This document shows, piece after piece, positions 8,480-16,553 of a DNA stretch of 48,594 nt. Source of the stretch: Pseudomonadota bacterium (lineage in GTDB: Bacteria; Pseudomonadota; Alphaproteobacteria; Rhizobiales; Hyphomicrobiaceae); assembly GCA_039039985.1 (NCBI GenBank), contig JBCCOV010000012.1, positions 1 through 48,594 of the forward strand. Reading direction: 5' to 3'. Within the stretch, counting starts at the first letter, position 1. Each line of letters starts with the position of its first letter. The notes under the pieces are model-generated. The model was not told the origin of the DNA. It did not search any database and saw only the letters and a list, made by a program, of their open reading frames with translations. The translations under genes and the position numbers were made by a program.

Positions 8480-9340
8480 TTATCGCGGCGATGGATGGGC
8501 AGCCGCATCGGCAGCGCGCGCCGCGCAAAAAGCCGTAACCTCCGGCGTCACGTGCCCCACCTTGTCGATATGGAAGAAGTGGCCGCCGCCGGGCACAGTG
8601 ACAAAGCGCGCATTCGGCAAACCGGTCGCAAGCTTTTCGCTTGCGCTGGTACGCACCATACGCTCCGCCTCACCCGCGATGACCAGGACCGGATGAGGAA
8701 TACGGCTGAGGTCGTTGCGCACGTCGAACCGACTGCTCGCCAGGAAATCACCGTGAACAACGGCCTGTCCGGCCTCCAGCATGCGGCGACGACAGACCTT
8801 TTTGTAGAACTCAGTCGTATCTTCCGGCCAGCAGTATTGGACAATCGTGGCCACGGTTGCGGGAAAGTCCGTTGTGAGGCCCTCGAGAATGGCCGGCGCC
8901 ACGGGTAGGTGTGCGGCAGAACCGAGGATAATGAGACTGTCCAGAACCGCACCAAGGCGTTCCCCGTGCCGCAAGGTAACGTCCAGTGCGATTGCGCCGC
9001 CCATCGAGTGCCCCACCAGAACAGCGCGCGGAAGCTGCATCGCCTCGACAAACGCGACAACAGCATCCGCATAGTCTCCGATCTCGGTAAAGCCTAGCCC
9101 AGTCGACTTTCCGTGGCCCGGCAAATCAAGCGCGTAGACCGGATACTGCGTGATCCAACGCGAACGAGAGCGGGTTCCGACACCAAGCAGTCCGACAGCC
9201 GAAGCGGTCTCCCGCCATTCGAACGGCCAGTCCGCCGCCCGGCCACCGGCACCATGAATCAAGACGAGTGCAGGGCCCGGCGTCGCAACGCCATTGAAGG
9301 TATAATGCAATGGTCCCAAAGCTGTCCTGCAAGTCGGCAT
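8480..9340 (-). CDS. alpha/beta hydrolase fold protein
   Basis: 286 aa. It carries the LIHGAGG oxyanion region, the nucleophile elbow GHSMGG and a catalytic His near the C-terminus. It starts with ATG. Confidence 0.8.
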   Translation of the reverse strand: MPTCRTALGPLHYTFNGVATPGPALVLIHGAGGRAADWPFEWRETASAVGLLGVGTRSRSRWITQYPVYALDLPGHGKSTGLGFTEIGDYADAVVAFVEAMQLPRAVLVGHSMGGAIALDVTLRHGERLGAVLDSLIILGSAAHLPVAPAILEGLTTDFPATVATIVQYCWPEDTTEFYKKVCRRRMLEAGQAVVHGDFLASSRFDVRNDLSRIPHPVLVIAGEAERMVRTSASEKLATGLPNARFVTVPGGGHFFHIDKVGHVTPEVTAFCAARAADAAAHPSPR

Positions 9341-9580
9341 GGCGCGCTCCGTTGTGTCGAGATTGATCTATACACACCCTGCACTGCAGGTCGCCAGCGC
9401 CACCTGCGTCAAATTGCACAGCAGCTATCGAACACAGCCAAAGAGGCGCTGCCTGGCGCCAAATTAAAACCACAAATACATTTCGCCGAATAACAGAATC
9501 AAGACTTTCTTCGAAAGCAATTGGTGAATATGATATCGCCGAGCAAATCTAATTAAGTAGGAAAAGTGTTTTAAAGTTTT

Positions 9581-9641
9581 TTGCAACAAACAAATTCCAT
9601 TGATTATACTCGCGGTCACAATAGATATCTTGCAACAAACA
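9581..9641. repeat. direct repeat TTGCAACAAACA x2 (49-bp spacing) in the AT-rich OMP promoter region
   Basis: The 12-mers at 9581-9592 and 9630-9641 are identical. They lie within the 390-bp ~45% GC spacer between the hydrolase and the OMP gene. Confidence 0.3.
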
Positions 9642-9732
9642 TGCTTATCAGCGTCTGCTTCGCGAGCCATCCCGTTCGCGAAACCAGTATGCGTCTCGAC
9701 AGTGGCTGACATACGTTTGGGGGAAATAGCTG

Positions 9733-10455
9733 ATGAGACAGCTTATCATTTTGGTTCTCAGTTTCGCGATATCCGGACTGCTTGTCTTTGGTGCGCAAGC
9801 TGCCGACCTCGGAGGCGACCGCGGCTCTCTGAAGGACGATCCCTTGGCCTACTCGCCCTTGAAGCGCTATTACGTCGCACTTCGCGGTGGACTAGCCTTC
9901 CCGGAAGATACGGACTTTGACATCAACGACGGGGCGATGAACGTCGTCAACTCTTATGAAGACGTGGCGTACTTCATCAGTGGCGCCGTCGGCATGCGCC
10001 TCTACGAAACATCCAATGTCAAAGTCCGCGGCGATCTGGAGCTCGGATATCGCGAAGCCGAAATCGACACCCACAACGTTGCAGGCACGCAGTTCTCCAG
10101 CAGCGAATCCTCCGGTGATACCAGCGTGTTCTACGGATTGGCCAACCTGACCGTCGACTTCAAGACCGGCACCAGATTTACACCCTATCTCTCGGCCGGC
10201 GGCGGGCTTGCGAACGTGAGCTTCGACGGTCATGCCGTCGACGGCCCAGGCGTCGTCATGGACGATGACGACACAGCCTACGCGCTCCAACTCGGCGCAG
10301 GCGTGAACTACAACTTCGGCCGCGGCCTAACGTTTGAACTTGGGTACCGCTACTTCGCGGTCTATGACGTTGACCTCACGGCCGAGGACGGCACCAACAG
10401 CTCAACTGATATCGAAGATCACCAAATCCTGTTCGGCATCCGCCAGACCTTTTAA
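9733..10455 (+). CDS. outer-membrane beta-barrel protein (OmpA-like/Omp25 porin family) with signal peptide
   Basis: The signal peptide reads MRQLIILVLSFAISGLLVFGAQA. The mature part has alternating amphipathic beta-strands and ends in a C-terminal aromatic (...ILFGIRQTF). An SD sequence (GGGGGAAA) precedes the ATG. Confidence 0.75.
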   Translation: MRQLIILVLSFAISGLLVFGAQAADLGGDRGSLKDDPLAYSPLKRYYVALRGGLAFPEDTDFDINDGAMNVVNSYEDVAYFISGAVGMRLYETSNVKVRGDLELGYREAEIDTHNVAGTQFSSSESSGDTSVFYGLANLTVDFKTGTRFTPYLSAGGGLANVSFDGHAVDGPGVVMDDDDTAYALQLGAGVNYNFGRGLTFELGYRYFAVYDVDLTAEDGTNSSTDIEDHQILFGIRQTF

Positions 10456-10489
10456 CGATCTCGTCTCTCTCGACACAACAAAACAACTG

Positions 10490-10517
10490 CGCCCGCAATT
10501 CTTGCGGGCGTTTTTTT
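10490..10517 (+). terminator. Rho-independent terminator of the OMP gene
   Basis: CGCCCGCAA-ttc-TTGCGGGCG forms a 9-bp stem and is followed by seven T residues (10511-10517). Confidence 0.8.
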
Positions 10518-10645
10518 GAGTGCGTACATTATTTTGCCTGATTCAGTTATTAATCAGCGCGACCCTGCAATACGCCTTGGGCACGGGCTCTTGAGACCCG
10601 GCTGGCGCATGCCGCTTTGCGGTGCTTGTGTTCCGCGTGCAGGTC

Positions 10646-10717
10646 GCGGTTATAGCTCAGTGGCAGAGCACCCGCAGTTTTTGCGGGAGGTCGGGGGTTC
10701 GATTCCCTTTAACTGCT
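10646..10717 (+). tRNA. tRNA-like gene, Lys(UUU)-like but with a non-canonical anticodon arm (possible pseudo-tRNA)
   Basis: The acceptor pairs GCGGTTA with TAACTGC (one G-U). The D-arm is GCTC-AGTGGCA-GAGC. The variable region AGGTC and T-arm GGGGG-TTCGATT-CCCTT are tRNA-Lys-like. The anticodon region, however, is CCCGCA-GTTTT-TGCGGG. That is a perfect 6-bp stem with a 5-nt loop, or a 5-bp stem with loop AGTTTTT lacking U33 and R37. No CCA is encoded. Confidence 0.45.
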
Positions 10718-10721
10718 CCCA

Positions 10722-10797
10722 GAACGACTAGCTCAGTTGGTAGAGCGCGGGACTGTTAATCCTGAAGTCGTGGGTTCGACTCCCACGTCGTTAGCCA
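10722..10797 (+). tRNA. tRNA-Asn (GTT)
   Basis: Cloverleaf: D-arm GCTC-AGTTGGTA-GAGC, anticodon arm CGGGA-CTGTTAA-TCCTG (anticodon GTT), T-arm GTGGG-TTCGACT-CCCAC, with discriminator G and CCA encoded. Position 1 is G opposite A72 (a mismatch). It starts only 4 nt after the upstream tRNA-like gene. Confidence 0.75.
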
Positions 10798-11161
10798 GCG
10801 TTTAAAAGCGCACTCGGTTTGGGACCGATCGATAAACTGGGGACCCGGCAGCGCCGGCCGGCCAGACGGCACAATCCCGAAGCCTCGGCGGACGGTGCGC
10901 GCTCGACGGCAGCGACGAAGGCGCTTTGCGCCCGCACGGATACCGCCCCTTTGCAACGCCGGCGCAGCGGCACCGGCATCGCTCTCTTCGGAGGCGATGG
11001 ACGCAGCCGACTGTCAAAGGCCACGCATCGAGGCTTAAGTGCGGGCCCGCTCCTGCGGCGTGGCTGGCATGCCGGGGACCTTATTTATCAAATGTTGAAA
11101 TAGATCCGTAAACGGACTCTCATATTCGCTCGGATCAGAAACTGTGTTTAGAGGTGTGGCC

Positions 11162-12328
11162 ATGCGCCCGTTCCATGTCTTTCAGGTCACTGTTCGTGAC
11201 GACCAGCGCGCGTTCCTCCGTCGCGACGGCCGCTTCGAGCGGCTGCTTGGTCCGGGTCGATACCGTGAGTTCGATCCGGCGGGCCGTTTGTCGGTCGACG
11301 TCCACACGGTTGTGCGCAGCGAGGTGAAGCCGGAGATCGCTCTGCTGTTCGAGCGCACCAATCCGGATCTTGCAGCCGAGCACTTCCAGATTGTGCGGCC
11401 GCGGGCAACCGAAGTCGCGATCATCTCGTTCGACGGCCAGCCGATGCACGTTGTCCGCCCGAACGAAACGCGCGCGTTCTGGAAAACGTTAACACGCGTC
11501 GACGTCGAACTTATCGACACGGCTGCCGATATGCGCGTGCCGAAGTCGGTGCTCGACCGCCTCGACCTGGGTCGCAACACGCTCATCGTGCATGACATCG
11601 TACGCGCGAACGAGTTCGGCCTTCTGATCGTTGACGGCGACTTGGTCGAGAAGCTGCCGGCCGGCCGGCACGCGTTCTGGCAGGTGGGCCGAGAGGTGCG
11701 TATTGAGCGTGCAGACACACGTCCGCAGCTGCTCGAGGTGACGGCGCAGGAAATCCTGACGAAGGACCGCGTCGGCGTTCGGGTCACGCTGACGGCATTC
11801 TACAAGATTGTGGATCCGGTCAAGGCGATCCTCGAGACGTCGAATGTCGCGGAGACGGTGTACCGCCTCGTGCAGTTCGCGATCCGTGAGGCGGTCGCAA
11901 CGCGCACGCTCGACGACATCCTGGCGGCGCGCGATGAGCTCGATCGTCAGGTTCGTGCGTTCGTCACAGAACGCGCAGGCGATCTCGGTGTCACGATCGG
12001 TGAGATCGGCGTCAAGGACGTCATCTTGCCGGGGGATGTGCGCGAGTTGCTGAACAAGGTGGTCGAGGCCGAGCGGACGGCCAAAGCCAACCTGATCCGT
12101 CGTCAGGAAGAGACGGCAGCGACCCGTTCGCTGCTGAACACCTCCCGGATGATGGAGGACAACCCGCTACTTCTCCGCTTGAAGGAGCTGGAGGCTCTGG
12201 AGAAGCTGGTCGAAAAGGTCGGCCGTATTGACCTGCACGCAGGTTCACAAGGCGGTGGCCTCGACGCCCTGCTTCGTGGGTTGTACCAGCTTGAGCAGCC
12301 AAAGTCGGGCAGCGAGAGCGACACGTAA
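11162..12328 (+). CDS. SPFH/band-7 (stomatin/slipin-like) domain protein with a long coiled-coil C-terminal extension, no N-terminal TM
   Basis: The N-terminus FQVTVRDDQRAFLRRDGRFERLLGPGRY matches the SPFH start. The core reads ...TKDRVGVRVTLTAFYKIVDPVKAI...DLGVTIGEIGVKDVILPGDV. It has an ATG start with GAGGTG as SD. The track ORF begins at an upstream GTG at 11144. Confidence 0.75.
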   Translation: MRPFHVFQVTVRDDQRAFLRRDGRFERLLGPGRYREFDPAGRLSVDVHTVVRSEVKPEIALLFERTNPDLAAEHFQIVRPRATEVAIISFDGQPMHVVRPNETRAFWKTLTRVDVELIDTAADMRVPKSVLDRLDLGRNTLIVHDIVRANEFGLLIVDGDLVEKLPAGRHAFWQVGREVRIERADTRPQLLEVTAQEILTKDRVGVRVTLTAFYKIVDPVKAILETSNVAETVYRLVQFAIREAVATRTLDDILAARDELDRQVRAFVTERAGDLGVTIGEIGVKDVILPGDVRELLNKVVEAERTAKANLIRRQEETAATRSLLNTSRMMEDNPLLLRLKELEALEKLVEKVGRIDLHAGSQGGGLDALLRGLYQLEQPKSGSESDT

Positions 12329-12331
12329 GGC

Positions 12332-12391
12332 GGGCGCAATCTGCGCTCCCTGATTAATCTAACACGGGCCGCGGACTATGAGCCGCGGCCC
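12332..12391 (+). terminator. two GC-rich stem-loops after the SPFH gene (GGGCGCA-atc-TGCGCTC; GGGCCGCGG-actatgag-CCGCGGCCC)
   Basis: A 7-bp hairpin at 12332-12348 and a 9-bp hairpin at 12366-12391 follow the stop at 12328. Neither has a clear U-tract. Confidence 0.35.
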
Positions 12392-12480
12392 GGCGTCCCT
12401 CCTCATACCGCCCTTTACCGCAACGACATCCTCAAGATCTCTTTCGCTTGTGGCGGAGCCGTCTGCGCGGCCCGAACGCC

Positions 12481-12502
12481 GCGTAATCAATGCGTAATCA
12501 AT
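12481..12502. repeat. perfect tandem duplication GCGTAATCAAT x2 upstream of mbfA
   Basis: Seen directly: gcgtaatcaatgcgtaatcaat. It lies 50 bp upstream of the ICE box. Confidence 0.5.
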
Positions 12503-12551
12503 CTGCGGACGAGCGCTGCGATACGCTTGCGAAACCACGCCTGACATCTTA

Positions 12552-12569
12552 TTTTAGAATAATTCTAAA
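12552..12569. promoter_or_regulatory. Iron Control Element (ICE; Irr-binding operator) TTTAGAA-TAA-TTCTAAA
   Basis: A perfect 7-3-7 inverted repeat matches the Bradyrhizobium ICE consensus TTTAGAA-N3-TTCTAAA. It sits 16 bp upstream of the mbfA ATG within the sequence ttattttagaataattctaaacttgg. Confidence 0.8.
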
Positions 12570-12584
12570 CTTGGATGACCGCCG

Positions 12585-13562
12585 ATGCTGTCCTCGCGCA
12601 ACTACCGCCGCAGCTTCAAGGATCTGAGCGAACAGGAAATCCTCGCGCTTGCGATTTCCTCCGAAGAGGACGACGCGCGGATCTATCGGACCTACGCCGA
12701 ACGCCTGCGAAAAGACTTTCCGGACAGCGCCGCTGTCTTTGACGGCATGGCGATCGAAGAGGACGAGCACCGTCGGCGTCTCATCGACGCCCACAAGGCG
12801 CGATTTGGCACAACGATCCCGCTGATCCGCCGCGAACACGTCGCCGGAGTTGATGCGCGCAGACCCATCTGGCTGATGGAAACGTTAGGACTGGATCGGA
12901 TCCGCGCTGAAGCAAGCGAAATGGAAGCGGATGCCCATCGGTTCTACCTCGAAGCCGCAAAGCAAACGAGCGATGCCGACACCCGCCAGCTGCTCGGAGA
13001 CCTAGCTGCGGCTGAGACCTCACATGTCCAAAAAGCCGATGAACTGCTAGCGGCGCATCTCGACGACGATCGCCGTGAGCGCGAGGACGACAAAGCGCAA
13101 CGCCAGTTCGTTTTGACGTGGGTCCAACCCGGCCTTGCAGGCCTTATGGATGGATCTGTCTCAACACTTGCCCCGATCTTTGCCACTGCCTTCGCGACTG
13201 GGGACACGTGGACGACCTTTTTGGTCGGGCTCGCGGCATCCGTCGGTGCCGGCATATCGATGGGCTTTACGGAGGCTGCGTCCGACGATGGCCAGATCTC
13301 AGGCCGCGGCTCGCCTATCAAGCGTGGGTTCGCGTCTGGCGTGATGACGACGATTGGCGGCCTGGGCCACGCCCTGCCGTACCTGATCCCGGACTTCACA
13401 ACAGCAACCACGATCGCAATCCTGCTCGTATTTGTTGAATTGTGGGTGATTGCCTGGATCCAGAACACTTATATGGAGACGCCATTTCTCCGGGCTGCAT
13501 TCCAGGTCGTTCTTGGCGGCGCCCTGGTCTTTGCTGCAGGCATCCTGATCGGCAGCGCCTAA
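12585..13562 (+). CDS. mbfA: membrane-bound ferritin-like/VIT1(CCC1)-family iron exporter MbfA (N-terminal erythrin/ferritin-like domain + C-terminal VIT1 TM domain)
   Basis: The N-terminal half has the four-helix-bundle di-iron ligands (EEDDARIY...EEDEHRRRL...EMEADAHRFY...AAETSHVQ). The C-terminal half is a glycine-rich, multi-TM VIT1/CCC1 domain (GLAASVGAGISMGFTEA...). An ICE operator lies immediately upstream. Confidence 0.85.
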   Translation: MLSSRNYRRSFKDLSEQEILALAISSEEDDARIYRTYAERLRKDFPDSAAVFDGMAIEEDEHRRRLIDAHKARFGTTIPLIRREHVAGVDARRPIWLMETLGLDRIRAEASEMEADAHRFYLEAAKQTSDADTRQLLGDLAAAETSHVQKADELLAAHLDDDRREREDDKAQRQFVLTWVQPGLAGLMDGSVSTLAPIFATAFATGDTWTTFLVGLAASVGAGISMGFTEAASDDGQISGRGSPIKRGFASGVMTTIGGLGHALPYLIPDFTTATTIAILLVFVELWVIAWIQNTYMETPFLRAAFQVVLGGALVFAAGILIGSA

Positions 13563-13666
13563 CACGCCAGAAAGAGAGAGGAAGAGGGAGGGAACCGAGA
13601 GTCTCAAAGAGACCACTCAAGCGCGGGCCAGATGGTTGCGCATAAATGCATAGATTATCGAACCCA

Positions 13667-13688
13667 GCACCAGCCCGAAGGCTGGTGC
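13667..13688. other. stem-loop GCACCAGCC-cgaa-GGCTGGTGC in the convergent mbfA/GATase spacer
   Basis: A 9-bp perfect stem with a 4-nt loop. No U-tract on either strand. Confidence 0.3.
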
Positions 13689-13798
13689 CGGATTGCGCGC
13701 CAAACACGCAAAACCAAAAGATTGGCACGCTCTTGTTTTACCGCACGGTCGTTTCACAAATCCAAACGCTAGTTCAAAAACGCCTCAAAAGTGGCAAT

Positions 13799-13810
13799 CC
13801 GCACGTGCGG
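13799..13810. promoter_or_regulatory. 12-bp perfect palindrome CCGCACGTGCGG (CACGTG core)
   Basis: Seen directly at ...aatccgcacgtgcggtctg..., within the 378-bp non-coding spacer 13563-13940. Confidence 0.2.
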
Positions 13811-13940
13811 TCTGAGCAACAGTTGCCGAATATCTATAGCGACACTTGAGTATTTCTCCGCCAAGCGTGAGTCACTGGGTTGCCGGCCAGGCAGACCAAA
13901 AGAACAGGCGTGGGATGGTTCCAACCACGTCTGCGAGCCT

Positions 13941-14732
13941 CTAAATCGCCCGCTGCTGTCGCCCCTCGCGCACCCAGCTTCGTAGGAACCGATCGAGCCA
14001 AGCGCGAATTGCCGGCCCATGTGCGATGTGATCGCGAAGCTGCGACGCGCGGTCTTTGGCGCCGGGCTGCGTCAGTTTATGCGGGTTGTGCCCCGACCAG
14101 CGACTGACCATGGCGTAGGTGATTTCAGGATGAAACTGGATACCAACGGCAGTGGGTCCGTACTGGAAAGCCTGACTGGGAAAGGCATTGCCACCTTCCA
14201 TCAGCACCACGCAGCCACGCGGAACGGTGAACCCCTCCTTGTGCCATTGGTAGACGAACGACGGCCAGTCACCTTCTGCATAGACGGGTCGTAGGGGACG
14301 CACGGGATGATAGCCGATTTCGACATGCCCAGCCTCATGGAGAAACACCGTCCCTCCGAGATGCTTGGCCAGCATCTGCCCGCCGAGACACACTCCTAGG
14401 AACGGTGCTCTTTCGCGCAGCGCCACCCCGATCCAGTCGGTCTCGCGCTTAACGTAATCGTCTGGGTCGTTGGCGCTCATCGGGCCGCCGAAAATGACCG
14501 CACCGTCGTGATGATCGAGCGTTTCGGGAAGCGCGTCACCGAACCGCGGCTTGCGGACGTCGAGCGCGTGCCCTTGCGCCTGCAAAACCTGACCGATGTG
14601 ACCTGGATTGGAATGCTCCTGATGCAACACGACCAGGATCGGCTTGGGGTCTCGCGTTGTCTCACCATCCCAATGGGGTAAAGTTGTACCAACTGCGCGA
14701 TCACCACAGGTCGCGTCCTGCATCTTAGCCAT
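13941..14732 (-). CDS. class I glutamine amidotransferase-like protein
   Basis: It has the GATase1 catalytic Cys motif GVCLGGQ and the downstream His (QFHPE). 263 aa, ATG start. It overlaps the upstream SDR gene by 8 nt. Confidence 0.75.
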   Translation of the reverse strand: MAKMQDATCGDRAVGTTLPHWDGETTRDPKPILVVLHQEHSNPGHIGQVLQAQGHALDVRKPRFGDALPETLDHHDGAVIFGGPMSANDPDDYVKRETDWIGVALRERAPFLGVCLGGQMLAKHLGGTVFLHEAGHVEIGYHPVRPLRPVYAEGDWPSFVYQWHKEGFTVPRGCVVLMEGGNAFPSQAFQYGPTAVGIQFHPEITYAMVSRWSGHNPHKLTQPGAKDRASQLRDHIAHGPAIRAWLDRFLRSWVREGRQQRAI

Positions 14733-15597
14733 CTCTTCTTGGTCTGAGCATAATCCCTAAGATAAATGCCAGAATTTTACGCGGCGTGAAGTGCAACGCC
14801 AACGCCAGAACCCGGCTGAACAACCCCGGCACGACGGCCGTACGGCCGAGCCAAAAACTGTTCACAGCGATGCGCGCCACGGCAGCGGGTGTCAGCGCCG
14901 GGATAACCCGTCGGTAAAGCGCGCTTTCCGAACCCATTGCCGCATGAAACCCCGTTTCAACCGGACCCGGCGAAATACACGTCACACGCACACCGAACCC
15001 CCGCAGTTCCCACGCGATCGCTTCGGTAAGAGAGATGACGTAGGCCTTGCTGGCATAATACGCCGCCTGATAGGGGCCCGGGGTGTAACCGCCAAGCGAT
15101 GCGACATTCAAAACACCGCCACGACGACGGCGGATCATGTCCGGCAGCACCGCACGGGATAGCTGCGTCAATGCTTCAACATTCAACAGCGCCAATTCGG
15201 AGAGCGCCTGAGGGGCATGCTGGACGAACCGACCGCTCAACCCAATCCCAGCGCTATTGACGAGAATGTCGCAGAACAGGTCGTTCTCACCCAACCAGTC
15301 GCGCAGCGCCGTGGATGCATCAGACGCGCAGAGGTCGAGGCTGAGAACACGAATGTCACCACCCGTGTCCGCACTCAGGCGGCCCGCAACGTCTTCCAAC
15401 CGCGCGATATCGCGAGCAACAAGTACGACAACGTCGCCGCGCGTTGCGAAAATGCGGGCGATCTCTGCGCCGATACCGCCGGTCGCTCCTGTAACGACAA
15501 CGGCCGAGGCCAGACCGGCGTCGGCGCCCTCAGATCGCGGCAGGACTGGATCCCGCCCGCGACACCCAATCCACCAGTCAACGATGCTTGTGATCAT
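14725..15597 (-). CDS. SDR-family short-chain dehydrogenase/reductase
   Basis: It has the Rossmann motif VVVTGATGGIG, NSAG, and the catalytic YxxxK (YYASKAY). It shares a 4-nt overlap with the upstream LysR stop. Confidence 0.8.
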   Translation of the reverse strand: MITSIVDWWIGCRGRDPVLPRSEGADAGLASAVVVTGATGGIGAEIARIFATRGDVVVLVARDIARLEDVAGRLSADTGGDIRVLSLDLCASDASTALRDWLGENDLFCDILVNSAGIGLSGRFVQHAPQALSELALLNVEALTQLSRAVLPDMIRRRRGGVLNVASLGGYTPGPYQAAYYASKAYVISLTEAIAWELRGFGVRVTCISPGPVETGFHAAMGSESALYRRVIPALTPAAVARIAVNSFWLGRTAVVPGLFSRVLALALHFTPRKILAFILGIMLRPRRDG

Positions 15598-16553
15598 GCG
15601 CTGGACACAAGACGGGGCGCCGGTGCGCCCGCCCCACTGCGACGCATCGGCCGAGGTGCCGCAGCCGGCGCTCGCATCAGACCTGCGCTACCAAATCGGA
15701 GCGCAAATTCCGTTCGAATATGACACGCAAGCTCCTCAGCAAGTTCGGTGCTGCCTGTTCGCGGCAAATAGAGAATGATGGAAAATTCAGGCAGTGGCGG
15801 CAAGCCTGCGTCGTCCTCCAGAACAACGAGCCCATCGGGAACCGAGTCCGCCAGCATGGCGGCAACACCCAGCCCAGCCGCAATCGTCGCGTTCACGGCT
15901 TCCTGGTTCGAGACTTCGACAACGAAACGCCAATCGATATCCTCGGCACGGAGCGCGTCGAGCACGACCGGGCGGAACAAGCAGGTCCGTCCTCCGATCG
16001 AAATCGGCAATGGCCGCCGCAAATGCGCATCGCTGTCGGGCGCCGTGACCCAGACCAGACGATCACGACGCAACAGTTCACCGTTCTCCCGACTGGGCCC
16101 AAGCTCTGTCGTGATCGTCAGATCGATCTTCCCGTCATCAAGCAGTTCCACCAGCTCGACGGAGTTCTGCGTGGCGAGACTGACCTGCACCTGCGGCCAC
16201 GCCTGCGCAAACCGGCGCAGAATGTTTGGGGCATAGGTCGGCACAATGTCGAACGGCACACCAAGACGCACTTCGCCATTGTAACTTGGCGTCGTCATCA
16301 TGCCCCAGACTTCATCGTTCATAGCGATCAGGCGCCGTGCCGAATCCAGCAACTGCTCACCAGGCGGAGCCAGAGCGACCCGCTTATGCTCCCTCTGGAA
16401 CAAGCCGACGCCAAAAAGCTCCTCAAGCCGCTTGAGCTGCTGACTAACAGCGGCTTGCGTGCGATTGAGAAGGCGCGCCGCCGCCGTAACGCTGCCCGTG
16501 TCAGCAACCGCTACGAATGCCCGTAGCAATGAAATATCTATGTCGCGCGCCAT
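15594..16553 (-). CDS. LysR-family transcriptional regulator
   Basis: Starting from the internal ATG (16553) it reads MARDIDISLLRAFVAVADTGSVTAAARLLNRTQAAVSQQLKRLEE..., a LysR wHTH, followed by a substrate-binding domain. The track ORF begins 25 codons upstream at a non-ATG start. Confidence 0.8.
   Translation of the reverse strand: MARDIDISLLRAFVAVADTGSVTAAARLLNRTQAAVSQQLKRLEELFGVGLFQREHKRVALAPPGEQLLDSARRLIAMNDEVWGMMTTPSYNGEVRLGVPFDIVPTYAPNILRRFAQAWPQVQVSLATQNSVELVELLDDGKIDLTITTELGPSRENGELLRRDRLVWVTAPDSDAHLRRPLPISIGGRTCLFRPVVLDALRAEDIDWRFVVEVSNQEAVNATIAAGLGVAAMLADSVPDGLVVLEDDAGLPPLPEFSIILYLPRTGSTELAEELACHIRTEFALRFGSAGLMRAPAAAPRPMRRSGAGAPAPRLVSSA

Noticed and set aside
10516-10731. 71-aa ORF starting at TTG
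   Set aside because: It simply reads through the tRNA-like gene and into tRNA-Asn, so it is not coding.
10791-11111. several overlapping 60-95-aa ORFs on both strands in the spacer after tRNA-Asn
   Set aside because: All are Arg/Ala/Pro low-complexity with no RBS and mutually overlapping frames, so this is GC-rich non-coding DNA. I looked for an integrase or att repeat and found none.
11182-11787. 201-aa minus-strand ORF
   Set aside because: Antisense shadow of the SPFH gene (Arg/Ser/Thr-rich).
15720-16526. 268-aa plus-strand ORF
   Set aside because: Antisense shadow of the LysR gene.
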